NCBI GenBank assembly: GCA_964638545.1
Contig: CAZXAM010000003.1
Coordinates: 11,429 to 75,428 of the forward strand
Source of the DNA: an uncultured Rikenellaceae bacterium
GTDB lineage: Bacteria; Bacteroidota; Bacteroidia; Bacteroidales; VadinHA17
Reading direction: 5' to 3'
DNA length: 64,000 nucleotides
Positions 56,115 to 64,000 of the stretch are shown here, piece after piece. Numbering within the stretch: the stretch's first letter is position 1; each line of letters opens with the position of its first letter. The notes under the pieces are model-generated. The model was not told the DNA's origin, ran no database searches, and worked only from the letters and a program-made list of their open reading frames with translations. A program made the position numbers and the translations under genes.

Positions 56115-56732
56115 ATGGATTGGAATAAAGAGGAGACCAGACTGCTGAAATCGCTGAATAACCCTGATAAGATTCAGGCATTCCTTGATTCGGTTGAATA
56201 TAATCCGAACTATGAATGCAGGTCGCCCAGATGGGTGATAAGGAAACGTTCAGCTCACTGTTTTGAAGGGGCTCTGTTTGCTGCAGCAGCATTGCAGTTT
56301 AACGGTCATAAACCGCTAATAATTGATATGAAGGCAGTCAATGACGATGATCATGTAATTGCTGTCTTCAAGCAAAACAAATGCTGGGGAGCTGTTGCGA
56401 AATCGAACTTCACATCTCTCCGGTTCAGGGAGCCGGTATACAGAAGTGTTCGTGAACTGATCATGACTTATTTCGATTTTTTCTTTAATACCGACGGTTT
56501 CAAATCTTTAAGATCCTACACCCGTCCATTTGATGTTTCATTTTTCGAATCGCGCAAATGGCAGACCACCGATGAGGACCTTGAATATATAGGTGACAAG
56601 ATAGAGTCGCTTCATCATTACCCCGTAGCCACGCCCGGGATGGTCAGAAAGCTTTATAAAGCCAGCGATATGATGATGAAAGCAGGCATGCTGGGCTCAA
56701 AACCTGAAGGATTGTTTAAACCCAGGAAGTAA
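56115..56732 (+). CDS. Hypothetical protein, possible transglutaminase-like Cys-His-Asp fold
   Basis: 205 aa. SAHCFEGALFAAAAL (Cys), DDDHVIAV (His) and a later Asp/Asn are spaced as in transglutaminase-like cysteine peptidases. The assignment is tentative. Confidence 0.6.
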   Translation: MDWNKEETRLLKSLNNPDKIQAFLDSVEYNPNYECRSPRWVIRKRSAHCFEGALFAAAALQFNGHKPLIIDMKAVNDDDHVIAVFKQNKCWGAVAKSNFTSLRFREPVYRSVRELIMTYFDFFFNTDGFKSLRSYTRPFDVSFFESRKWQTTDEDLEYIGDKIESLHHYPVATPGMVRKLYKASDMMMKAGMLGSKPEGLFKPRK

Positions 56733-56872
56733 CTTCCCGTTACTTACCTTAACAATTGTAAAAATATTAATTGGTCGAATTTTTACCATTATTATAGTAT
56801 TGTATTTCAATTATATGCTAATACAATAAAAAAGCCGGTCGAATTTTAATTTGCATTTAGAATGAGTTTGAC

Positions 56873-56880
56873 TATTTTTG
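56873..56880 (+). promoter_or_regulatory. Candidate -7 promoter element (TAnnTTTG) for carboxylase operon
   Basis: TATTTTTG lies 21 nt upstream of ATG 56901. Confidence 0.3.
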
Positions 56881-56900
56881 AACCCTGATAAAATAAGGGT

Positions 56901-58457
56901 ATGGACGTCTCGGGAAAAAGTTACAAGGCCTTTAGAGAAAGGCAGGAGGCATTAAAGAAACAATACAGCCCAAAACAGGCCGAAAAACAGCATTCAAAAG
57001 GAAAACTCACGGCCAGGGAGAGGATAAGTCTTCTCTTTGATGAGGGCACTTTCGAGGAACTTGATGCTTTTGTCACGCCTGCCAGCCAGCCTGTGGATTT
57101 CGGAAAAGTGGAGAGAACCTATGGCGATGGTGTGATTGTGGGTCACGGAAAGGTTAACGGCAGGCTCGTATTTGCATTCGCACAGGATTTCACAATCATG
57201 GGAGGTTCGCTCGGTATTGTCCACGCCAGGAAAATTGTCAAGATCCAGGAAATGGCCCTGAAAATGGGTACCCCGATAATAGGGATGATGGATTCAGGAG
57301 GCGCAAGGATACAGGAGGGTGTGGCCAGCCTGAGCGGGTATGCCGCCATTTTCCATAATATTATTTCTTCTTCAGGTATAATTCCCCAGCTATGCATCAT
57401 TATGGGACCTGCAGCAGGAGGAGCGGTTTACTCCCCTGCCCTCACCGATTTCGTCTTCATGGTGAACCATACCAGCTATATGTTTGTAACAGGACCCAAT
57501 GTTGTGAAGGAAGTTCTGAACGAGGATGTTACAAGGGAAGAACTTGGAGGCGCTGAGGTTCACAGCCGGAAAAGCGGTGTAGCCCATATGGTCTACGACG
57601 ATGAGGAGAATACGATCATGGCTCTGAAAAAGTTCCTTACATATCTGCCTTCCAACAATGTCGAGAATCCACCGGTTGTTGCTGATGATAACAATACGCC
57701 GGATGTCAATGAAAAGCTGCGGGATATTGTTCCGGACGATCCTAACAAAGCTTACGATGTCAAGGAGGTTATCAATCTTATTGTCGATAAGCACAGCTTT
57801 TTCGAAACAGGAGAATTCTTTGCCCCAAACCTTGTAACAGGTTTTGCCCGATTTAAAGGCAAGACAACAGGGATAGTTGCCAACCAGCCAAAAGTGCTTG
57901 CCGGTGTGCTCGATATTGATTCATCGACAAAAGGCGCCAGGTTCATTCGGTTTTGCGATGCATTCAACATTCCTATTCTGACACTGGAAGATGTTCCAGG
58001 CTTTCTCCCGGGAAAAGATCAGGAGCATGCAGGTATAATCAGACATGGGGCCAAGCTCCTTTTCGCATACAGCGAAGCCACTGTTCCCAGAATAACTGTT
58101 ATCCTCCGGAAAGCATACGGAGGCGCATACATTGTCATGAACAGCAAGAGCCTGGGCGGTGACTTCAGTTTTGCCTGGCCTACTGCCGAGATCGCTGTAA
58201 TGGGTCCCGATGGAGCTGTTGCAATACTATACCGGAAAGAGCTTGAAGAATCGAAGAATCCTGACCAGCTTAAGAAAGAACTAGTAAAAAAATACCGGGA
58301 TAAGATAGCCAATCCTTTTATTGCCGATGAGCTGGGTTATATTGACGAAGTTATCGATCCTGCCGTAACAAGGCACAAGATCATTTCAGCTTTCAGCGCA
58401 CTGAGCAATAAATGGGTGAAAGTGCCATCGAGAAAGCATGGGAATATGCCATTATGA
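56901..58457 (+). CDS. Acyl-CoA carboxylase carboxyltransferase subunit (propionyl-CoA carboxylase beta / methylmalonyl-CoA carboxyltransferase family)
   Basis: 518 aa. HSKGKLTARERI, AQDFTIMGGSLG, DSGGARIQEG, MGPAAGGAVYSPALTDF and ILRKAYGGAYIVM are present. Confidence 0.95.
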   Translation: MDVSGKSYKAFRERQEALKKQYSPKQAEKQHSKGKLTARERISLLFDEGTFEELDAFVTPASQPVDFGKVERTYGDGVIVGHGKVNGRLVFAFAQDFTIMGGSLGIVHARKIVKIQEMALKMGTPIIGMMDSGGARIQEGVASLSGYAAIFHNIISSSGIIPQLCIIMGPAAGGAVYSPALTDFVFMVNHTSYMFVTGPNVVKEVLNEDVTREELGGAEVHSRKSGVAHMVYDDEENTIMALKKFLTYLPSNNVENPPVVADDNNTPDVNEKLRDIVPDDPNKAYDVKEVINLIVDKHSFFETGEFFAPNLVTGFARFKGKTTGIVANQPKVLAGVLDIDSSTKGARFIRFCDAFNIPILTLEDVPGFLPGKDQEHAGIIRHGAKLLFAYSEATVPRITVILRKAYGGAYIVMNSKSLGGDFSFAWPTAEIAVMGPDGAVAILYRKELEESKNPDQLKKELVKKYRDKIANPFIADELGYIDEVIDPAVTRHKIISAFSALSNKWVKVPSRKHGNMPL

Positions 58458-58468
58458 GGCGACCGGCT

Positions 58469-58484
58469 CCCGATAGCTATCGGG
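58469..58484. repeat. Perfect 16-nt palindrome after carboxyltransferase stop
   Basis: CCCGATAGCTATCGGG, flanked by CCGGCT / CGGCTACCGGC direct repeats. Confidence 0.6.
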
Positions 58485-58508
58485 ACGGCTACCGGCAACA
58501 GGAAAAAA

Positions 58509-58535
58509 GATTGCACGATTGCACGATTGCATGAT
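58509..58535. repeat. Tandem octamer array (GATTGCAC-type, about 3.4 units) 12 nt upstream of accC start
   Basis: GATTGCAC GATTGCAC GATTGCAT GAT. It is the reverse complement of the array at 44036-44075. Confidence 0.7.
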
Positions 58536-58547
58536 AAATAATGAATT

Positions 58548-60053
58548 ATGAAGATCAACAAGATATTGATAGCCAACAGGGGTGAGATAGCCGTACGGAT
58601 AATGAAAACCGCAAGGAAGATGAAAATCAGCACTGTGGCAATCAGAACTTCCCTGGAACCAAATGCCATGTATCTCTCCTTTGCTGATGAGATATTCGAC
58701 AACACTGAAGATACATCTGAGGTCCCGGTATTCCTTGACATTGAAAAACTTATCTCAATCGCACTGAATACAGGGGCTAATTCCGTTCATCCGGGTTACG
58801 GTTTCTTGGCCGAGAGTGCATACTTTGCACAGAAATGCCTGGATAACAATATTATATATATTGGCCCATCGCCGGATGCCATATATAAAATGGGGAACAA
58901 AATGATTGCCCGCAAGCTGGCATTGGAGAATGGAATACCGATGGCCATGGGAAGCGAGGGGAACATTGCCAATGATGAGGAGGCAGTCAAAACAGCAGAG
59001 AAGATCGGTTACCCGGTAATTATCAAGGCTGCTTCAGGCGGAGGCGGAAGAGGCATGAGGATAGTCAGGAAACCGGAAGAGATGGAAAGGATGTTCCTTA
59101 CAGCGAGTAAAGAAGCCGAGAAGGCGTTCAATGATCCTTCAGTTTTTATTGAAAAATATATCGAGAATCCGAAACATATTGAATTCCAGATACTTGGCGA
59201 TACCAAAGGAAATCTTATCCATCTGGGAGAAAGAGAATGCTCAATTCAGCGGAAACATCAGAAACTGCTCGAAGAGGCTCCTTCAGCCGCTCTCGACAGC
59301 AAGTTGAGGAAGAAGATGGGCTCAATGGCTGTTCAGATTGCCAAATCCGTAAAATATTATTCAGCCGGTACTGTCGAATTTCTATTGGACTCTGACAGGA
59401 ACTTCTACTTCATGGAGATGAATACCCGCATCCAGGTTGAACATCCTGTTACCGAAATGATTACTGGCATCGACCTGATTGAACAGCAGATCAGGATCGC
59501 TAATGGTGAAACTCTGCCGGTTCAACAGGAAGATATTAAACTAAAAGGCTGGGCAATTGAATGCAGGATCAACGCTGAGGACGTTCAGGCAGGCTTTGCT
59601 CCCAATCCCGGTAAAATAGAGAAGCTCAGCATGCCCTCTGACTGTTATGTAAGAGTCGATACCGGGATACAGGAAGGTTCAGCGATTGTATCAAGTTATG
59701 ATTCAATGATCGCCAAGCTGATCGTAACAGGAAAAGACAGGAAAGAAGCTATCCACCACTGCAAGCTGGCACTTGACAAAGTCTGGATCAAGGGAACAAA
59801 AACGACTCTTCCTTTCTTCCGTTTGTTGGTCCGCAACAAGAAATTCCTGGATGGTAGTTTTACCACTGCATTCATCGAAAATGATCTTGATAAATATTAC
59901 TATAACAGCGCATATGAAGAGATGCTGGCAGCCTGGCTTGCAACAAGGCTGTTCGTGGATGAGAATCTGCAAGAGAGCAATATCAGCGCCGATATCGGAA
60001 ACAACAATGATATGAGCCCCTGGCTGTTAAACAAGAGGATAAATCAATTTTAA
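58548..60053 (+). CDS. accC: Biotin carboxylase subunit
   Basis: KILIANRGEIAVRI, the ATP-grasp loop ASGGGGRGMR and EMNTRIQVEHPVTE are present. 501 aa. Confidence 0.95.
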   Translation: MKINKILIANRGEIAVRIMKTARKMKISTVAIRTSLEPNAMYLSFADEIFDNTEDTSEVPVFLDIEKLISIALNTGANSVHPGYGFLAESAYFAQKCLDNNIIYIGPSPDAIYKMGNKMIARKLALENGIPMAMGSEGNIANDEEAVKTAEKIGYPVIIKAASGGGGRGMRIVRKPEEMERMFLTASKEAEKAFNDPSVFIEKYIENPKHIEFQILGDTKGNLIHLGERECSIQRKHQKLLEEAPSAALDSKLRKKMGSMAVQIAKSVKYYSAGTVEFLLDSDRNFYFMEMNTRIQVEHPVTEMITGIDLIEQQIRIANGETLPVQQEDIKLKGWAIECRINAEDVQAGFAPNPGKIEKLSMPSDCYVRVDTGIQEGSAIVSSYDSMIAKLIVTGKDRKEAIHHCKLALDKVWIKGTKTTLPFFRLLVRNKKFLDGSFTTAFIENDLDKYYYNSAYEEMLAAWLATRLFVDENLQESNISADIGNNNDMSPWLLNKRINQF

Positions 60054-60062
60054 CGATTTTGC

Positions 60063-60590
60063 ATGAACGTTAAGCCAAAAATAGATAAGCTCTACACCCT
60101 TACATCAGAGAAAAAAAAATTCAGTTTCTCCCTGCCCCTGAAAAACAGGATTAAGATAGGTAAAAGGATTTACGAGGTTCAACTAAAGTCGGACGATAAG
60201 CACGGGACTTATGTTCTGTGGAAAAACCGCAAATACCCCGTAGAGATAGTAAGGTCGAGGCAGAACAGGTACGAGATCCTGTTCAATGACATAAGCTACA
60301 CATTTACAGTCGAAACGCCATTCTCCCTTCAGAGAATGAAGGTGCTTAATTCAGGCAAACCAAAAGCCGACAAGGAAATGTTACGCGCTCCCATGCCGGG
60401 AAAAATAATAGATGTTCTTGTCAGGGAGGGTGCATCAATTCTTCGTGGGGAACCGGTCGTTATCCTTGAAGCCATGAAGATGCAGAATGAGATTCAATCT
60501 CCCGTAAACGGAACTGTCATTAAAGTCCATACCAGACCAGGCAGCAATGTCATGAAGGATGATCTGCTGGCGGAGATAAAGGCAGAATAG
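60063..60590 (+). CDS. Biotin carboxyl carrier (biotin/lipoyl attachment domain) protein
   Basis: The C-terminal APMPGKII...VILEAMKMQNEI carries the AMKM biotinylation motif. Confidence 0.9.
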   Translation: MNVKPKIDKLYTLTSEKKKFSFSLPLKNRIKIGKRIYEVQLKSDDKHGTYVLWKNRKYPVEIVRSRQNRYEILFNDISYTFTVETPFSLQRMKVLNSGKPKADKEMLRAPMPGKIIDVLVREGASILRGEPVVILEAMKMQNEIQSPVNGTVIKVHTRPGSNVMKDDLLAEIKAE

Positions 60591-60598
60591 CCCAGGGC

Positions 60599-62056
60599 TT
60601 ATTTCGCAGGAACCTGTTTCAGACTTTCACACAGAAAAGAATAAAACTTCTTTACCGATGGTATATTCACCTTCTCATCAGGTGAATGGGGATGCTTAAT
60701 CGTCGGCCCAAAAGAAATCATATCAAGGTTAGGATATACTCCTCCGATAATAGCGCATTCGAGACCTGCATGTATTGCTTTAATATCGGGATCCATACCG
60801 AACATCTTTTTATAGGTGCCGCTGAGAGTTTTTAAGACAGGTGATGCCATATTGGGTTTCCATCCCGGGTAGCCTCCCGACATTGATACTTTTGCATCTA
60901 TAAGGTGGAAACCGGCTGCTATTCTCCAGGCTGTTGATTCTTTCGCTGTGTTGACCGAGCTGCGGCAGAGATTATGAACCGCCATACTGCCTTTGGCAAC
61001 CTTCACAATTGCCATGTTATTCGATGTCTCAACGAGTCCTTTCATTGCCTGGCTCATTCTCATCACGCCGGCCGGGCAAATGAAAATGGCCCTTATTATT
61101 TTGTACTGATCAGCTTTGACCATGACCTTCGCCGGCATTTCGCATTTTTTTGCGGTAAATGAAAGATCCGGTTCGGTTTCTGCAAATTCAGCCCTGTACA
61201 TCTTTTCATATCCCTTAACGAATTTCTCGAATGCTTTTGCTTTTGCCGATGCTACCAGCAAAACAGCATAAGACTCACGAGGTATGGCATTGCGGAGGTT
61301 TCCTCCTCCGGCTTCTGCAACCCTGACTCCGAAATCAGATTCAGCCTGCATCAGGAAGCGGAACATGAGCTTGTTTGAGTTGGCTCTTCCGAGTGCGATG
61401 TCAACACCTGAATGACCACCTTTAAGTCCTTTTGCTGTTATCCGGTATGCGGCCATCCTTGCAGGAGATTTCTCTTCCTTATATTTCTTTTCCGCACTTA
61501 CATCAATTCCACCTGCGCAACCGACGCATATTTCGTGCTCGTCTTCAGAATCAAGGTTCATGAGGATATCTCCTTTAAGCAATCCTTTTTTCAGGCCGAA
61601 AACTCCGGTCATACCTGTTTCTTCGTCAATAGTAAAGAGTGCTTCCAGCGGTCCGTGCTGAATATCCTTTGAAGCAAGGACAGCAAGAGCTGCCGCCACG
61701 CCAATTCCATTATCTGATCCAAGGGTTGTGCCATTGGCTTTTACCCAGTCTCCGTCGATGATGGTTTGTATCGGATCCTTTTCGAAATCATGTTTTTTAT
61801 CGTTATTCTTCTGCGGCACCATGTCGAGATGTGTCTGCAGGATAACGCCTTTTCTTTTCTCCATTCCCTTAGTGGCAGGTTTCCTTATTATCACGTTCCC
61901 CACCTTATCGACAATGGTTTCAAGCTTATGGTCTTTTCCGAATTTGACAACATATTCAACAATCTTCTTCTCCTTCTTTGAAGGATGGGGGATCTGTGTT
62001 ATGTCATGGAAAATATTCCACACCTGCTTTGGTTCAAGATTGCGGATGTCGCTCAT
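60599..62056 (-). CDS. pepD: Aminoacyl-histidine dipeptidase (M20C, Xaa-His dipeptidase)
   Basis: 485 aa. LEPKQVWNIFHDITQIPHPSKKEKKI, HLDMV, LGSDNGIG and FTIDEETGMTG are present. Confidence 0.9.
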   Translation of the reverse strand: MSDIRNLEPKQVWNIFHDITQIPHPSKKEKKIVEYVVKFGKDHKLETIVDKVGNVIIRKPATKGMEKRKGVILQTHLDMVPQKNNDKKHDFEKDPIQTIIDGDWVKANGTTLGSDNGIGVAAALAVLASKDIQHGPLEALFTIDEETGMTGVFGLKKGLLKGDILMNLDSEDEHEICVGCAGGIDVSAEKKYKEEKSPARMAAYRITAKGLKGGHSGVDIALGRANSNKLMFRFLMQAESDFGVRVAEAGGGNLRNAIPRESYAVLLVASAKAKAFEKFVKGYEKMYRAEFAETEPDLSFTAKKCEMPAKVMVKADQYKIIRAIFICPAGVMRMSQAMKGLVETSNNMAIVKVAKGSMAVHNLCRSSVNTAKESTAWRIAAGFHLIDAKVSMSGGYPGWKPNMASPVLKTLSGTYKKMFGMDPDIKAIHAGLECAIIGGVYPNLDMISFGPTIKHPHSPDEKVNIPSVKKFYSFLCESLKQVPAK

Positions 62057-62232
62057 ATTGTAATATTTTAATTAATAAAAATTAAACCTCTGATATCAAC
62101 ATTTCAAGGCACTAAAATTAGTCAATTAAATCAAATAACTAAAATCCATTTGATATACTAATTGAATCATGTTCGTCGATTTTGTAACAAAATTGTAATA
62201 ATTGACCATTTTGATATCTTATTCGATTTGTT

Positions 62233-62240
62233 TAATTTTG
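62233..62240 (+). promoter_or_regulatory. Candidate -7 promoter element (TAnnTTTG) upstream of phosphate transporter
   Basis: TAATTTTG lies 92 nt upstream of ATG 62332, within a 275-nt AT-rich spacer. Confidence 0.25.
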
Positions 62241-62331
62241 GCACCGATTTCCGTAGACCAGTAATTTGTCAAAACAAATTTTAAGCATCCTAAATAACCT
62301 ATTAACAGACAATTAACAATAATCCAAATTA

Positions 62332-63321
62332 ATGACATTCCTCATTATCATTATTGTGTTGGTCCTGATCTTTGATTTCATTAACGGGTTCCACGATTCA
62401 GCCAATTCAATAGCCACGGTTGTATCTACAAAAGTTCTATCTCCATTCAATGCTGTACTGCTTGCTGCCGTGTTCAATTTCATAGCTTTCATGTTTTTTG
62501 AGCCAAGGGTTGCTCACACTATAGGTAAGAACGTCATTGATCCCAGTTTTGTCACGTTGACGGTTATTGCTTCAGCACTTGTGGCTGCAATTACCTGGAA
62601 CCTGCTTACATGGTGGTGGGGATTACCCTCCAGTTCATCTCACACTCTGGTTGGAGGGTTGGTGGGTGCCGGGATTGCCAGCGCAGGGGTTCAATCGATT
62701 CATATCGGCGGTGTTCTTACAATAGCAGCATTTATCGTTATTGCTCCACTCCTGGGGATGGTCATCTCTTACATAATTTCCATAATAGTCATTCATCTGG
62801 TAAAAAGATACTCGCCCTCAGGCGTCGACAAGCATTTCAGGAGGCTTCAGCTGTTATCAGCCGCTGCATTCAGCCTTGGTCACGGGGGTAATGATGCGCA
62901 GAAATCAATGGGCATAATATGGGTTGCCCTTATTTCGGTGGGAATGGCTTCGGTTGATGACAAGACACTTCCCCTGTGGGTTATTCTCTCCTGTCAGGCA
63001 GCCATTGCCCTTGGCACTCTTTTCGGGGGATGGAGAATCGTCAAGACAATGGGACAGAAAATTACAAAACTCAAGCCTTTTGAAGGCTTCTGCGCTGAAA
63101 CTGCCGGTGCGCTGACTCTTTTCGGTGCAACAAGTCTTGGAATTCCGGTAAGCACGACTCATACCATAACCGGATCAATTATGGGTGTTGGAGCAATTAA
63201 GGGATTGTCCGCAGTGAAATGGGGTGTGACGCGTAAGATCTTCATTGCATGGATCGTCACAATTCCAATTTCGGCGATAGTTGGTGCAGGTGTGTTTTTT
63301 CTGTTCAACTGGATTTTATAA
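62332..63321 (+). CDS. Inorganic phosphate transporter (PiT family)
   Basis: NGFHDSANSIATVVST and GGNDAQKSMG signature motifs are present. 329 aa, polytopic. Confidence 0.9.
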   Translation: MTFLIIIIVLVLIFDFINGFHDSANSIATVVSTKVLSPFNAVLLAAVFNFIAFMFFEPRVAHTIGKNVIDPSFVTLTVIASALVAAITWNLLTWWWGLPSSSSHTLVGGLVGAGIASAGVQSIHIGGVLTIAAFIVIAPLLGMVISYIISIIVIHLVKRYSPSGVDKHFRRLQLLSAAAFSLGHGGNDAQKSMGIIWVALISVGMASVDDKTLPLWVILSCQAAIALGTLFGGWRIVKTMGQKITKLKPFEGFCAETAGALTLFGATSLGIPVSTTHTITGSIMGVGAIKGLSAVKWGVTRKIFIAWIVTIPISAIVGAGVFFLFNWIL

Positions 63322-63345
63322 CTTACTGAAATAAATACAATTGAT

Positions 63346-63996
63346 ATGAATATTGATAAATTCCTCAAGTTTTTTGTCCCCAAGGATCACAGTTTTTATC
63401 CTCTCTTTGAAGAAGATGCGGCAAACCTTCTCAAAGCAACCGAACTGCTTCAGAAGCTTCTTGCTACTGATGATAATGAAGAACATGAGCGGATACACAA
63501 AGATATAAAGGATGTTGAGCATATCGGAGATGAGATAACCGACAGGACATATTTCCAGTTGAATAAATCATTTATAACACCTTTCGACAGGGAGGATATC
63601 CATGAGCTTACTGCAAATATCGACGACGTGGTCGACTCTATTAACGGTGTAAGCCGGAGGATATGCCTCTACAAACCTAAGAAGCTTCTCCCTGTATATA
63701 AAAACATGGCAGAGGAGATACATGCAGCAGCCCTCGAGATAAAGACATGCATTCACGGGCTTAACGATGCTGCTGCCAACAGGAAGGAAATTACGGAAGC
63801 CTGCAACAGGGTTACTGCTATTGAGCACAAAGCAGATGAATATTATTTTGTTGCTGTTGCAGAGCTCTTTGAAAAAGAGACTGATGCGGCAGAACTTCTG
63901 AAAAACAACAAGATACTGGAGATACTTGAAAGAATTGTCGACGAAGAGGAGGATGTAACAGATACGATCAAGTCAATCCTTATAAAAATGGCTTGA
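63346..63996 (+). CDS. DUF47-family (PhoU-like) phosphate transport regulator
   Basis: 216 aa. FFVPKDHSFYPLFEE...IKDVEHIGDEITDRTY...DREDIHELT is typical of the DUF47 partner of PiT transporters. Confidence 0.85.
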   Translation: MNIDKFLKFFVPKDHSFYPLFEEDAANLLKATELLQKLLATDDNEEHERIHKDIKDVEHIGDEITDRTYFQLNKSFITPFDREDIHELTANIDDVVDSINGVSRRICLYKPKKLLPVYKNMAEEIHAAALEIKTCIHGLNDAAANRKEITEACNRVTAIEHKADEYYFVAVAELFEKETDAAELLKNNKILEILERIVDEEEDVTDTIKSILIKMA

Positions 63997-64000
63997 TGAC

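Noticed and set aside
43443-58535. Whether the short tandem arrays could be CRISPR arrays
   Set aside because: The units are only 7-8 nt and directly abutting with no spacers. There are 3-7 copies and no cas genes. This is not CRISPR architecture.

Overview
The window looks like a chromosomal segment of a Bacteroidota genome. This rests on family recognition from memory: DUF4293, NamZ/DUF1343, a TPR/TolB-like/OmpA lipoprotein, TAnnTTTG-type -7 promoter motifs, no Shine-Dalgarno sequences and many TTG/GTG-extended ORFs. No searches could be run. Most of the window is ordinary housekeeping: queE, pyrBI, an RND efflux operon, rny, zapA, rplS, tRNA-Arg(ACG), cutC, an acyl-CoA carboxylase operon, pepD and Pit/DUF47. 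There is one large accessory locus, a 14-gene minus-strand surface-polysaccharide cluster at about 21.1-35.2 kb with a divergent Wzz-like gene. Three things stand out. (1) At the left edge, a 44-aa double-glycine-leader peptide gene that the ORF track misses lies between a secreted TPR-CHAT protein (also missed because it runs off the window) and a single-pass TPR protein plus a sensorless histidine kinase. I propose these form a candidate peptide processing/signalling module. (2) Many intergenic spacers carry short tandem 7- or 8-nt repeat arrays, G/C-tract hairpin clusters and a dispersed GTCAT...GAACGAAGTGA...AATC-type element. Several of these sit in divergent promoter regions or directly against start codons rather than at 3' ends. 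(3) A roughly 105-nt cloverleaf-like structured element lies in the 254-nt zapA-rny spacer. All functional calls are motif and family recognition by eye. Coordinates of starts were corrected where the track used upstream TTG/GTG extensions.
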